In this document: positions 27,636 through 37,864 of the stretch, piece after piece
Layout: each line of letters starts with the position of its first letter
Position numbering within the stretch: position 1 is the first letter of the stretch
NCBI GenBank assembly: GCA_012519385.1
Contig: JAAYQI010000126.1
Location: forward strand, 1-51,328
Direction of reading: 5' to 3'
Source of the DNA: Candidatus Epulonipiscium sp.
GTDB lineage: Bacteria > Bacillota > Clostridia > Lachnospirales > Anaerotignaceae
DNA: 51,328 nt
Position numbers and translations under genes: made by a program
Notes under the pieces: model-generated
Seen by the model: the letters and a program-made list of their open reading frames with translations, nothing else
Database searches by the model: none
What the model was told of the DNA's origin: nothing

Positions 27636-28145
27636 TTATCTTCCTGAACTAACCCACGGAAGAATAACGCCTTTCGTTTTTAATTCTTCTTTAAAGTCAC
27701 CGGAAATATCAACATTTTCTGGTGCAATAATAAATATATTGTTTGCCACACGTTGAATAGATCCATCTAAAGAATAACACGTACCACTCAAAAAGTCCAT
27801 AATGCGTTGTGCAATAGGGAACTCTACTTTTTCCAAATTTACAACCACAGGTTTTTTTGTTTTTACTTGGTCACAAATTTCTTGAGCATCTTCATAGCAT
27901 TCTGGCTTAATAATCACAACTTGCATTTGAACGCTGGTATTAATGCTATACACTTGGGGATTGGTTCTGCTTTTTTTCAATGGCGTAGGGGCAAAGTCAG
28001 TGACATCTCTCTCTCTTGAAACCTCTCTCAATCCATAGCTAGATTCTCTTGCAGGCTGTTCTTCATATTCTTCTGCAAAATCCTCTTCATCCTCATCATA
28101 TTCACCAAACATTAAATCTTTCATTTTCTCAAAAAGTCTCGCCAC
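27636..28145 (-). CDS. sepF: Cell division protein SepF
   Basis: Acidic N-terminus and conserved C-terminal domain (VVIIKPECYEDAQEICDQVKTKKPVVVNLE..AQRIMDFLSGTCY..GSIQRVANNIFIIAP). GTG start with AAGGAGGA upstream. Confidence 0.9.
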   Translation of the reverse strand: MARLFEKMKDLMFGEYDEDEEDFAEEYEEQPARESSYGLREVSRERDVTDFAPTPLKKSRTNPQVYSINTSVQMQVVIIKPECYEDAQEICDQVKTKKPVVVNLEKVEFPIAQRIMDFLSGTCYSLDGSIQRVANNIFIIAPENVDISGDFKEELKTKGVILPWVSSGR

Positions 28146-28164
28146 TCTCTGTTCCTCCTTATTT

Positions 28165-28875
28165 TTATTTATTCACTTTTTCAGGATAAAGTCGTTTTCC
28201 AAAAATTCCGGTACCCACTCTAACTATGGTTGCACCTTCTTCAATGGCTACCTCATAATCTCCAGTCATACCCATAGACAGTATGTCCATATGTACATTA
28301 TCAATTTTTTTCTCGTTAATGTCAACCAATAATTCCCGTAATTGTCTGAAATAATATCTGTTTTCTTCTGGATTTTCGACAAAAGGGGCAACTGTCATAA
28401 GACCTTTGATACAAATATGTTGCATTGTGCTGATATTTCGTATAAAGTTTTCCACCTCTGATGGATGCAAACCAAATTTACTATCCTCTTGCGCAATATT
28501 TACCTCTATCAAAATAGGCATGATGATATTTTTCGCTGCGGCTCGCTTCTCAATTTCTTCAGCAAGCTTTAAGCTCTCCACAGAATGAATTAACTCCACT
28601 TTATCTATAATGTACTTTACCTTATTGGTCTGCAAATGGCCAATCAAATGCCATTTCACATTTTCACCCATGGTTTCATATTTGTTCAGAATCTCCTGTA
28701 CTTTATTTTCACCAAGTGATGTTAGCCCCGCCTCTACAGCTTCCTGTATGCGGTCGGTATCAATGGTTTTGGTAACTGCCAACAGTAAAATATCTTCTGG
28801 TAAACGACCACTCCGTAAAGCTGCTTGCTTTATTTTGTCTTTTATTTCCATAATATTATCCTGTATCATACTCAC
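28165..28875 (-). CDS. yggS: YggS-family pyridoxal-phosphate homeostasis protein (YlmE)
   Basis: 236 aa with PLP lysine context LLAVTKT, HLIGHLQTNK and SMGMTGDY. Confidence 0.9.
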   Translation of the reverse strand: MSMIQDNIMEIKDKIKQAALRSGRLPEDILLLAVTKTIDTDRIQEAVEAGLTSLGENKVQEILNKYETMGENVKWHLIGHLQTNKVKYIIDKVELIHSVESLKLAEEIEKRAAAKNIIMPILIEVNIAQEDSKFGLHPSEVENFIRNISTMQHICIKGLMTVAPFVENPEENRYYFRQLRELLVDINEKKIDNVHMDILSMGMTGDYEVAIEEGATIVRVGTGIFGKRLYPEKVNK

Positions 28876-28904
28876 TTTTCAATCCATCCTTTCTATTCTA
28901 AATT

Positions 28905-30503
28905 TTAATAGAGAACTTGTCCTTCTTCAATCTTTTTTGCATCGGATACAATAGTATCATAAGGTTGAAGTTCATAAGCACTTGTTCCCGGACGAATAAT
29001 GGCATAGTCAATATTCTCTCCCAAAACGTCCACCATCCTAAATCTTGCGATAGAACTATTGGCAATATAAACACCCTTATAGGTAGATACATCTGTAACA
29101 GTATATTCTACTTGATTTTTGTCATCTAATTCTTGTAAAATCACTTCACCAACCTTCAAAAGATTAAAATCCTGAATAACATAAGCAAAGCCCTGTTCTT
29201 CGTCATATTTTGTTACAGTCAGCTTTACAAAAGTGCCCTTTTTTCCACTCATTTTTATCACACCTTCTTCACCATTTTCTTCTACAATACATTGAATGGG
29301 AAGCTTCAAAAGTGTTTTTTCAATAATGGCATCTTTAGGCACCTTAATTCCTTGCAGTGCTTCGCTTTGAACAGTAAATGAAATATTTCTTAAACCAATA
29401 AAATCCAATATTCCTTTGGTTGAATGAAAAACAACTCGTACCTCTTTTTCCGTCTTATCCAAGGAAGTGATTGTAACCGAAACGGATTTTTGTTCTTCTC
29501 CCACCATGGCCTGCAATATTTTGCTGTCACCTACCTCCCATGATGATGCGATATCAGCAGGCACATAGCTGACAATATCCCACTGATTATTGGTAACCAA
29601 TTTAAAAATAGGTTCCTCTGCTTCTACCATTTTTGTTCTGGATAATGTCATAACTTCCGTATTCATTTTTGTTTGCTCTTTTGTGATAGAATCTATTTTT
29701 TCAGGGGTGATAGAATCCTCCAGCTTGTCTACTTGAAAGGAAAGAATCCCTCCTTCCTTGGCAGTAATAGTGGTAACATTTTTCGCAAGCTGTGCCTCAA
29801 ACTTTTGCTTTTGTGCAGATAACTCTGAAAGGCTTTGTGCATTTTCTGCCATCCAGATATCATTTCTTTGCCCTATTGCCACATCAATCTGATTACGAAA
29901 AGGATAAATATTAGAAAATTCTCCTTTTAAAAATTTGCCTTGATAGCTTTCAACAACTTTTAAAATGTTTTTTTCAATACGAGTAATATCATCTTGAAAG
30001 GGAGAAAGATCACTTTTGCTTTTTTGAGTTTTTAATATATTTTTATCAATTTTTTCAATTTTATCTTCAATGGCATTAGCAGTACTTTCATTACGGATAG
30101 TGCATACTGCAGAACCTTTTTTCACCTTCTCATTTTCAGAATAAAAATAGGAAAGTTTTCCCGAACTTTTGCTGGAAACCATCTGTTCTTCTCGCACAAT
30201 GATACCTTGCAGAGAAACAGGAGTATCAATATTTCCATATGCAACTGTTTCTACTGGAATAGAGGGTCTGTTTAAAAATGCAACGATATACCCTGCCAAA
30301 TAGATAGCCAACGCTAAAAACACAAAAATCCCCAATGCAGTATGTTCGTAGTGTCGTTTTCTTTCCACTTTTTTTACTTTTTTTATACCGTGCATTTTTC
30401 TATTTTCATTTTTTTTTGTGTGATATGTATGGGATTTTTTCGGATAAGAAGATTCTGAATGTTTATTTATTTTAATATGTTTTTTATGGGATCTGTGAGA
30501 CAT
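28905..30503 (-). CDS. Membrane-anchored HlyD/membrane-fusion-like protein with a His/Lys-rich N-terminal tail
   Basis: 532 aa. About 55 aa of very basic His/Lys-rich sequence, one TM (ALGIFVFLALAIYLAGYIVAF), a lipoyl-like hairpin (..ENEKVKKGSAVCTI..), coiled-coil stretches and a beta-rich C-terminus. AAGGGGGA RBS. The family call is tentative. Confidence 0.55.
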   Translation of the reverse strand: MSHRSHKKHIKINKHSESSYPKKSHTYHTKKNENRKMHGIKKVKKVERKRHYEHTALGIFVFLALAIYLAGYIVAFLNRPSIPVETVAYGNIDTPVSLQGIIVREEQMVSSKSSGKLSYFYSENEKVKKGSAVCTIRNESTANAIEDKIEKIDKNILKTQKSKSDLSPFQDDITRIEKNILKVVESYQGKFLKGEFSNIYPFRNQIDVAIGQRNDIWMAENAQSLSELSAQKQKFEAQLAKNVTTITAKEGGILSFQVDKLEDSITPEKIDSITKEQTKMNTEVMTLSRTKMVEAEEPIFKLVTNNQWDIVSYVPADIASSWEVGDSKILQAMVGEEQKSVSVTITSLDKTEKEVRVVFHSTKGILDFIGLRNISFTVQSEALQGIKVPKDAIIEKTLLKLPIQCIVEENGEEGVIKMSGKKGTFVKLTVTKYDEEQGFAYVIQDFNLLKVGEVILQELDDKNQVEYTVTDVSTYKGVYIANSSIARFRMVDVLGENIDYAIIRPGTSAYELQPYDTIVSDAKKIEEGQVLY

Positions 30504-30611
30504 GGGTATCCCCCTTTTGTTTCTGTATTTATAAGCATTATGTAATTATAATACATTTTACCAATTTGGTAAATATGAAATAATTCTTCAAAAAAAGTTA
30601 TATTTTTTGCT

Positions 30612-30641
30612 TTCCATTTTCACCAAAAAATGTGGTATTAT
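30612..30641 (+). promoter_or_regulatory. Putative extended -10 promoter for dpaL
   Basis: TGgTATTAT extended -10 at 30633..30641 with a weak -35 (TTCCAT, 18 nt spacer). It lies inside the 5' extension of the ORF-track model, which supports the downstream start. Confidence 0.4.
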
Positions 30642-30677
30642 ACTATAAACTTAGAAAAAACGAAAGGGTGTATGTGC

Positions 30678-31892
30678 ATGAAACATAAAGAAATCAAAGT
30701 AACTCCCAACATTAGCTGTATCAAGAATACTTCTCTTGAGAAATCTAACCCGCCCTCATTTCTAAAGGAACAACAAATAAATCAAGTTTTTCGCTTTCAT
30801 ACTTCAGTAGATGGCTATCAAGAAACTCCTTTACATCTTCTTCCTTCCCTATCCAAAGAATTGGGGATAAAGGCAGTTTATGTAAAAGATGAGTCCTCCC
30901 GATTTGGCTTAAATGCCTTTAAAGGACTTGGCGGTATCTATGCAGTTGCAAAACTTATTTGCAGCAAATTAGGAATGGATATTGCAACAACTGCATTTCG
31001 TGATTTAATGCAGCCTCAAATCAAAGAACAAATAAAAGACATGGTATTTATTACCGCTACCGATGGTAATCATGGAAAAGGTGTCACATGGGCGGCAAGT
31101 CTTTTTTCCTGCCAAGCATATGTATATATGCCTAAAGGAACCGTAGAAAGCCGGGTCAATGCTATCCGTGAATTGGGGGCTAAGGAAGTAATTGTAACAG
31201 ATAAAAATTACGATGATACCGTTCGCCTTGCCTATGCAAGAGCAGTAAAAAACGGCTGGTATATGATACAAGATACCGCTTGGGAAGGCTATACGGAAAT
31301 CCCCAAGAGCATTGTTCAAGGCTATACCACTTTAGCATTAGAAATACATCATCAGTTAAAAAAAACACAAACCACACCAACCCACCTGTTTTTGCAAGCA
31401 GGCGTAGGTGCTTATGCAGGAGGCATTCTTGGTGCCTTTGCCAACCTATACGGAGAATCTCTTCCTATCACATCTATTGTTGAGCCAAAAAATGTAGCAT
31501 GTATTTATGAATCCGCAAAAGAAAATGATGGACAACCACATCCTGCCACAGGAAACGGAGAAACTATAATGGCAGGGCTTAATTGTGGGGAAGCCTGTAC
31601 CATTACCTACCCTATTTTGAGAGATTTTGCATCCTTTTACTTCTCCTGCTCCGATGCTATTGCCGAAAAAGGAATGCAGTTATTAGGAAAACCTGCTCAT
31701 GGTGACCCAAAGATTATTTCTGGTGAATCCGGAGCCGTAACAACAGGCTTATTGTATGAACTTATGAAAAGTCCTGATTGTAAGGCACTCAGGGAACAAA
31801 TGAAACTAGATGAAACATCCGTTGTTGTTTTAATCAGTACCGAGGGTGCTACAGACCCAGTAAATTATGAAATCATTATGAAAAAACAATAA
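30678..31892 (+). CDS. dpaL: Diaminopropionate ammonia-lyase (PLP-dependent)
   Basis: Characteristic ESSRFGLNAFKGLGGIYAV (PLP Lys in NAFK), ATDGNHGKGV and a C-terminal SGESGAVTTG. Start moved to ATG 30678 (AAAGGGTG 7 nt upstream). Confidence 0.8.
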   Translation: MKHKEIKVTPNISCIKNTSLEKSNPPSFLKEQQINQVFRFHTSVDGYQETPLHLLPSLSKELGIKAVYVKDESSRFGLNAFKGLGGIYAVAKLICSKLGMDIATTAFRDLMQPQIKEQIKDMVFITATDGNHGKGVTWAASLFSCQAYVYMPKGTVESRVNAIRELGAKEVIVTDKNYDDTVRLAYARAVKNGWYMIQDTAWEGYTEIPKSIVQGYTTLALEIHHQLKKTQTTPTHLFLQAGVGAYAGGILGAFANLYGESLPITSIVEPKNVACIYESAKENDGQPHPATGNGETIMAGLNCGEACTITYPILRDFASFYFSCSDAIAEKGMQLLGKPAHGDPKIISGESGAVTTGLLYELMKSPDCKALREQMKLDETSVVVLISTEGATDPVNYEIIMKKQ

Positions 31893-31901
31893 TATATGTA
31901 T

Positions 31902-31937
31902 AGCACATGGATACCTTAAGCATCCATGTGCTTTTAT
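31902..31937 (+). terminator. Intrinsic terminator after dpaL (abuts the tsaD stop)
   Basis: agcacatggat-accttaagc-atccatgtgct followed by TTTTAT. Confidence 0.7.
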
Positions 31938-32965
31938 CTCTGCCCTAATATTAAGTTAGGTACTGCATTTAGCTCCAATCCATGGGTTATACCGCTAGAG
32001 TATTCATAATAAGCAGCACATCCAATCATTGCGGCATTGTCTGTGCATAAAATAGGAGCAGGAATACTTAAATAAAAACCTTCTTTTTCACACGCTTTTC
32101 TCATTTCATCTCGCAAAGCACTATTGGATGCAACTCCGCCTGCCAGTGCAATTTTAGAAACTTGATAATCCTTAGCGGCTTTTATCGTTTTTGCCACCAA
32201 TACTTCTATCACGGATTTTTGAAAACTAGCAGCTATATCTTCTGGAACAATATCAATTCCCATCATTTTTTGTTTATTTACATAATTTAAAACTGCTGAT
32301 TTTAAGCCGCTAAAGCTAAAATCATAGCTATCATTTTCTAAAAAAATCTTAGGAAAGGTAACCGCATCGGGATTTCCTTTTTTTGCGGCGGCATCTATTT
32401 TAGGCCCTCCAGGATACCCCATACCAATCACTCGGGCAACCTTATCATAGGCCTCACCTGCTGCATCATCTCTTGTTTTTCCCAAAATTTCATATTTGCC
32501 ATATTCCGATACCAATACCAAATGAGAGTGCCCACCTGATACCACCAATGCCATAAATGGTGGCTCCAAGTCTTTATTTTGAATATAATTGGCACAAATA
32601 TGCCCTTCGATGTGATGTATGCCGATAAGAGGTTTTCCTGTGGCATATGCCAAGGCCTTTGCATGAGATAATCCTACCAATAACGCCCCCACTAACCCAG
32701 GGCCATAGGTTACAGCAATGGCATCAATTTCATCTAATGTCATATTGGCTTGATGTAACGCTTCTGTAACTACTCCGTCCACATTTTCAATATGCTTTCT
32801 GGAAGCGATTTCGGGAACAACACCTCCATATAATGTATGCAAATCAATTTGGGAAGAAATTACATTAGATAACACTGTTCTTCCATTTTTTACTACAGCT
32901 GCGGCCGTTTCATCACAAGAGCTTTCTATTGCCAATATTGTAATGTCTTTTTGTATCTTTTCCAT
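31934..32965 (-). CDS. tsaD: tRNA N6-adenosine threonylcarbamoyltransferase
   Basis: Motifs [37 protein letters not shown]. Confidence 0.92.
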   Translation of the reverse strand: MEKIQKDITILAIESSCDETAAAVVKNGRTVLSNVISSQIDLHTLYGGVVPEIASRKHIENVDGVVTEALHQANMTLDEIDAIAVTYGPGLVGALLVGLSHAKALAYATGKPLIGIHHIEGHICANYIQNKDLEPPFMALVVSGGHSHLVLVSEYGKYEILGKTRDDAAGEAYDKVARVIGMGYPGGPKIDAAAKKGNPDAVTFPKIFLENDSYDFSFSGLKSAVLNYVNKQKMMGIDIVPEDIAASFQKSVIEVLVAKTIKAAKDYQVSKIALAGGVASNSALRDEMRKACEKEGFYLSIPAPILCTDNAAMIGCAAYYEYSSGITHGLELNAVPNLILGQR

Positions 32966-32996
32966 TTTTATCCTCCAAAGTTTCCCCTTTTTCCAA

Positions 32997-33761
32997 TTAA
33001 TCTAGGTGAAAATCCGTTTCTATATCCTTTGTAATGATATCTGTTATCTTTTTTCTATCAAAGGGTTTTTGACCTGTTTTTATATTAAAATCCACGTCAT
33101 AGCTGATATGAAGCGCATAGCGGTTCACAATCATGCAGAATAACGTTCCCAATGCAAACACAGGAAAAACAAAAAATATAAATGCACCACCAATGGCATA
33201 CACACATTCAAAAAACAACATAATAAAGCTGCCTACTAAAAAATACAACACCGTTGAGCCTTTATTGATAGTGATTCTATCCATAAGCAAATATCCTAAA
33301 AAAATAGCCAAAGGAATTTTTCCAACAAACACAAATCCATGTGTAATAACAAGTCCCATAGCTCCTACAGAAATTCCTATCAAAGAATATAAAAATATCC
33401 CAATAATAGCACATAGCATAAAATAACAGATTAGTCCAGACTTTAATACCTGATGCCATTCTTTGAAAAGAATCATAACGCCCTGCTCCATCTGCCTTCG
33501 GAAGATACATAATACAAAAAAGCCTATTAAAATCTGTATTCCTCCCAACACTGTCAGCACAACTTTCGTCGGAGTATTTTGCAATAAAATCACAATTTCA
33601 GATAAATTAAGATATTCAGTAATACAAATAAAGCAATCAATCAGACCTCTTGCAAAAAAGTATATTTGCTCAGGATAACTTCCCACAAATCTTAAGCATA
33701 ATATTCCAATCACAACAGAAATATAGATGATTACTCCGTCCCATCTCTTTAAAACATTCAT
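32997..33761 (-). CDS. Polytopic membrane protein of unknown function, third gene of the ECF operon
   Basis: 254 aa with about 6-7 hydrophobic segments and no motif I recognise. Its ATG overlaps the anti-sigma stop (ATGA). Confidence 0.6.
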   Translation of the reverse strand: MNVLKRWDGVIIYISVVIGILCLRFVGSYPEQIYFFARGLIDCFICITEYLNLSEIVILLQNTPTKVVLTVLGGIQILIGFFVLCIFRRQMEQGVMILFKEWHQVLKSGLICYFMLCAIIGIFLYSLIGISVGAMGLVITHGFVFVGKIPLAIFLGYLLMDRITINKGSTVLYFLVGSFIMLFFECVYAIGGAFIFFVFPVFALGTLFCMIVNRYALHISYDVDFNIKTGQKPFDRKKITDIITKDIETDFHLD

Positions 33762-34339
33762 TTTCTACTCATCCTGTCTGCTTTGCTTTTTCTGTGCAAC
33801 AAATAGTATTGTACCCCACAAAGAACAGCCAATAGTACTACTACAATGTCCATAGAGTTGCTTACCATCTGCTCCAGTGCTATCGAAACTTGATTGCCCA
33901 TACTATATACCAAATGCCCTTGCATACTGATTTGCTGCTCAATAGAAGCTAGTTGGGGAAGTTTATCATAAAAATGAGGATAATGAGATAAAGATTGCAA
34001 AATTGGCTCTTTATAATAGGCAATAACAGTTCCTGTTCCAAATATCACTGTAAAAGCGCCCCACATATGCCCCCATATTTTACTACGCACATGGTACTGA
34101 ACATGAAATTCCGTATCCGTAAGCTGCGTTACCTTCGCCATTACTTGATGCTCAAAATCCGCAGGTGCAAAAATTGTAGGTACATCTTCCATATCGGCCA
34201 TAATTTGCTCATACGCTAAAAAATCACACTTACATTTATCGCATTGCTGTAAATGGATATTTAGTTTTTTTGCTTCTTCCTCGGTCATTTCTCCATCCAT
34301 ATATTTCATCATATATTTTTCTGCTTTGGAGCAATTCAT
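33758..34339 (-). CDS. Anti-sigma factor (zf-HC2 / ZAS type), membrane-bound
   Basis: N-terminal HLQQCDKCKCDF (H-x3-C-x2-C) followed by TM segments. Its ATG overlaps the sigma-factor stop (ATGA). Confidence 0.75.
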   Translation of the reverse strand: MNCSKAEKYMMKYMDGEMTEEEAKKLNIHLQQCDKCKCDFLAYEQIMADMEDVPTIFAPADFEHQVMAKVTQLTDTEFHVQYHVRSKIWGHMWGAFTVIFGTGTVIAYYKEPILQSLSHYPHFYDKLPQLASIEQQISMQGHLVYSMGNQVSIALEQMVSNSMDIVVVLLAVLCGVQYYLLHRKSKADRMSRK

Positions 34340-34941
34340 TTGGAATCACCTGCCTTATTTTCTAAACTCTCTCGCAACATTTTACGGCCTCTAAAAATTC
34401 TATTTTTTATTTTTGAAAGAGGTTCCCCTAAAATATCAGAAATTTCTTGATATCGTAACCCCTGCTGATGGTATAGCACAATAGGAATTTTATAAATATC
34501 TGGAAGATTTTCAATTGTCTGAGCCAATCCTTTTTGTGTTTCTTTTCGCACATACTCATCTTCAGGAGTAATTCCGTCAGCAGGCTCATATACCAAATCA
34601 TCTATATTAACAGTCTCTTGCTTTTTCCTTCTTCGGTAATCAATTACATGGTTTGTGGTAATACGAATAATCCACGTAGAAAACTTATACTCTGGTTGAT
34701 ATTTATCCAAATTTTTATAGACCTTAATAAAAACTTCTTGAGCCAAGTCATTGGCTTCTTCAGAATCATTCACCATACGTAATATGACAGAGTATACTAA
34801 GTTTTTATATTGATTCACCAGTTGGGCAAAGGCATCTTGGTTGCCTTGCATAGACTGCTTTACCAATTCATAATCATCATAAGTTCTCAATGCTGTTTTC
34901 CTTTCTTTAAAGAGTGCAGCAGTTTTATTTTTTTCTGTCAC
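34336..34941 (-). CDS. ECF-type RNA polymerase sigma factor (sigma-70 family group 4)
   Basis: Region 2 (DAFAQLVNQYKNLVYSVILRMV..AEDLAQEVFIKVY..FSTWIIRITTNHVIDYRR) and region 4 (YQEISDILGEPLSKIKNRIFRGRKML). The start is uncertain: GTG 34941 has no RBS, and TTG 34890 is preceded by AAAGGAAAA. Confidence 0.85.
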   Translation of the reverse strand: MTEKNKTAALFKERKTALRTYDDYELVKQSMQGNQDAFAQLVNQYKNLVYSVILRMVNDSEEANDLAQEVFIKVYKNLDKYQPEYKFSTWIIRITTNHVIDYRRRKKQETVNIDDLVYEPADGITPEDEYVRKETQKGLAQTIENLPDIYKIPIVLYHQQGLRYQEISDILGEPLSKIKNRIFRGRKMLRESLENKAGDSK

Positions 34942-34979
34942 ACATATTGATACGAAAAAAATAAGGTTTTTGTCTGTGT

Positions 34980-35894
34980 TTATACTGACTCAGGAAAAAA
35001 CAAAGTGATTTTTTTTCTATCTTCTCCAAGTTCCGTATTTGGGAAAATAGAATGGGCATTTTCAAAGAATTCTGATGGTTCCGAAACAGAGGGGCTAAAA
35101 TGTGTCAGCCACAGTTTTTCAACTTTACCTTGCAATGCCAACCTTGCTGCTTCGGAAAAAAGCATATGCTTATTTTCAATGGCTTTTTGCTTTTTCTCAT
35201 TTTCACCGTACATACCTTCACAAATAAATAAATCAGAGCCTTTGATAAATGGTATCAGTTGGTCAATAGGCCTTGTATCTGTGCAGTAAGATACAGCAAT
35301 GCCTTTACGTTCCTGTCCTAGCACCATATCCGAGGTGTATAGTTTTCCTTCAAACTCTGTTTCTTCCTCCTTTTGCAGTTTTGACCAAATTTCTTTGGGT
35401 ACCTGCAGTGACGTAGCTTTCTGGATATCAAACTTTCCTCTACGTTTGATATCAATGCGATACGCATAGCATTTCACAATGTGTTCTACTGATAGGAACG
35501 AAATTTCGTATTTGCCTACCGAAATAGTCCCTTTCGCTTCTGTAAGCTCAATATATTTGATGGGAAAAGGCAGTTCAGGTGCAATTCTTCTTAACCCCTC
35601 CGTTACCCATGCCAGCCCAGAAGGTCCAATCAACGTTAAAGGCTCTGTTCTTCCGGCATTTCCAATCGTCAATAATATACCAGGAAGTCCCGAAATGTGG
35701 TCTGCATGAAAATGTGTAAAACATATCACATCTATGGCTTTAAACCCCCATCCCAGCATTTTCATGGTTACTTGCGTTCCTTCCCCGCAATCAATCAATA
35801 ACATCTTTCCATCTACTCTGGCTAACATTGCCGTCAAGTAGCGTCCAGGCACAGGCATCATTCCCCCGGTACCCAATAAACAAATATCTAGCAT
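34980..35894 (-). CDS. rnz: Ribonuclease Z (metallo-beta-lactamase fold)
   Basis: 304 aa. LDICLLGTGG, HFHADHISGLPG, C-terminal THFS. Confidence 0.88.
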   Translation of the reverse strand: MLDICLLGTGGMMPVPGRYLTAMLARVDGKMLLIDCGEGTQVTMKMLGWGFKAIDVICFTHFHADHISGLPGILLTIGNAGRTEPLTLIGPSGLAWVTEGLRRIAPELPFPIKYIELTEAKGTISVGKYEISFLSVEHIVKCYAYRIDIKRRGKFDIQKATSLQVPKEIWSKLQKEEETEFEGKLYTSDMVLGQERKGIAVSYCTDTRPIDQLIPFIKGSDLFICEGMYGENEKKQKAIENKHMLFSEAARLALQGKVEKLWLTHFSPSVSEPSEFFENAHSIFPNTELGEDRKKITLFFPESV

Positions 35895-36013
35895 ATTTTT
35901 CTCCTCAAAATTACTTTCTTTTTATTTCATAATATTCTTAATCATACCCCAAAAAAGAAAAAAAAACAATGAAAACCGTTATAAACAATGATTTTTAAAC
36001 CTATTTTAGTAAT

Positions 36014-36055
36014 AAAAAAACACCTTGCAGCAGTAATAAACAGCAAGGTGTTTTT
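36014..36055 (-). terminator. Intrinsic terminator after ilvA (bidirectional-looking)
   Basis: AAAAAAA-caccttgc-14 nt loop-gcaaggtg-TTTTT, about 60 nt after the ilvA stop. Confidence 0.65.
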
Positions 36056-36117
36056 ATGAAAATAAGTTAAAATTTATTTGCCTAGCAACAAAACTTTCCT
36101 CTCATCAGAACCTAACA

Positions 36118-37311
36118 TTAGCAATTAAAGAGCTCATACCCTGCTTTTTGTAGCTGTGCTAGTAATTCATCGCAGTGTTGCAGATTTCTTGTTTCCAATA
36201 CCATAGTTACGATACAAGTATTAACCCCAGACTTTTTATCTTCTCTTTCATGGTTGATACTAATGATGTTTGCTCCAGAATCGGATACTAATTGTAATAA
36301 ATTAATGAGCTGACCTGGTTTATCCAGTAGCTTTGTAGTGATTTCTGTAATGCGTCCAGTTTTTGTCAATCCTTTTGTAATAGCTCTAGATAATGTATTT
36401 ACATCTATATTACCTCCAGAAACAATGCACACAACATTTTTTCCTTCGATATCAAATTTATTGAACATTGCTGCTGCCACTGTTGTTGCACCCGCACCTT
36501 CTGCAACAGTTTTTTGATTTTCTGCCAAAGATAAAATCGCTGTGGCAATTTCTTCATCAGAAACTGTAGCAATTTCATCTACATATTTTTCGCATAATTC
36601 AAAAGTCAAATCTCCTGGTTTTTTTACAGCAATACCATCCGCTATTGTACTTACAGAAGGCAGTTCAACAGGCCTATGCTGTTGTCTAGAAGTAAGCATA
36701 CTAGGAGCACCTTCAGCCTGCACACCGTATACTTTACAGGATGGCTTCAGTGTTTTAATTGCATAAGCAACACCACTAATAAGTCCGCCACCACCAATGG
36801 GTACAATAACTGCATCCACATCTGGAAGTTGGCTTAAAATTTCTAACCCAATGGTTCCTTGTCCAGCGATTACCCTCTCATCATTAAAAGGATGGATAAA
36901 TGTGTATCCGTTTTCTTCCGTTAAAGCAAGGGCTTTTGCATAGGCATCATCGTAAACACCTGCTACCAATATAACATCTCCGCCATATCCTTTTGTTGCT
37001 TCCACTTTAGATAAAGGAGCACCTGCAGGAATACAGATTTTAGAAGAAATATTATTTTTTGTTGCAGATAAAGCTACTCCTTGAGCATGGTTTCCTGCGG
37101 AACAAGCAATTACACCACGAGCTTTTTCTTCTTCTGTTAAACAAGAGATTTTATAATAAGCACCCCGAAGTTTAAAGGAACCTGTAAGTTGCAGATTTTC
37201 TGATTTAATGTAAATATTATTTCCAATTTTAGGTGCTGCTATTAATGGTGTCATTCTAGCAACATCCTTCAAAACTTTTTGCGCATCATAGATCATCTCT
37301 AAAGATAACAT
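36118..37311 (-). CDS. ilvA: Threonine ammonia-lyase (threonine dehydratase) with C-terminal ACT-like domain
   Basis: PLP lysine motif TGSFKLRGA, SAGNHAQGVA, GGGGLISG. Start moved to ATG 37311 (AGGAGGG upstream). Confidence 0.88.
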   Translation of the reverse strand: MLSLEMIYDAQKVLKDVARMTPLIAAPKIGNNIYIKSENLQLTGSFKLRGAYYKISCLTEEEKARGVIACSAGNHAQGVALSATKNNISSKICIPAGAPLSKVEATKGYGGDVILVAGVYDDAYAKALALTEENGYTFIHPFNDERVIAGQGTIGLEILSQLPDVDAVIVPIGGGGLISGVAYAIKTLKPSCKVYGVQAEGAPSMLTSRQQHRPVELPSVSTIADGIAVKKPGDLTFELCEKYVDEIATVSDEEIATAILSLAENQKTVAEGAGATTVAAAMFNKFDIEGKNVVCIVSGGNIDVNTLSRAITKGLTKTGRITEITTKLLDKPGQLINLLQLVSDSGANIISINHEREDKKSGVNTCIVTMVLETRNLQHCDELLAQLQKAGYELFNC

Positions 37312-37426
37312 TCTATTCCCTCCTAAATTATTATTGAGTATTCTTCCATTATTAAATTTTCTCATACCTGTAATTTATTGTATTTTAGATATGGAATCGT
37401 ATATATATTTAATTAGCATAATCCCT

Positions 37427-37455
37427 ATTATAAAAACCCATCTCCTTTAGGTCAA
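37427..37455 (-). promoter_or_regulatory. Sigma-A type promoter for ilvA
   Basis: Minus strand TTGACC, 17 nt spacer, TATAAT, about 115 nt upstream of the ilvA start. Confidence 0.6.
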
Positions 37456-37864
37456 GTTATTCTTTCTTATGGTGTATTCCGCAGAATCATTTGGGCATTT
37501 TGTATGTATTTCTAAAATAAATTAAAAATTTTATATAAAACAAATAATACTCTAGTAATGATTTGTATAGTTTTTTTTATGTTTCTCATACAGATACATA
37601 TTTATTCGTTTTATAGTCATTTTTTCTTGTTTCAAAATTAATGTTAAATTTTTGCAAATATTTTCTTGAAATAATTGTTAGAATTTATTTGTGATTTTAT
37701 CAGTTTTATTGGTTTTGTTCATTTTTAATCTCAAAAAAATTTTGATGGATACATCTACTACTAGAAGCAAAAACTGTTTCTGTATGGTAGACATTTCTCT
37801 TTTTCTCACTGTTTTTTTGTTTTTACCAAAAACTGTTATAGTTTTCTATAAAAATTTTCAAAAT

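Noticed and set aside
37678-37794. 38-aa minus-strand ORF (MSTIQKQFLLLVVDVSIKIFLRLKMNKTNKTDKITNKF), considered as a type I toxin-like peptide.
   Set aside because: It has only a weak purine-rich stretch instead of an RBS. The hydrophobic segment is short and interrupted by Asp, and no convincing promoter or antisense RNA partner was seen.
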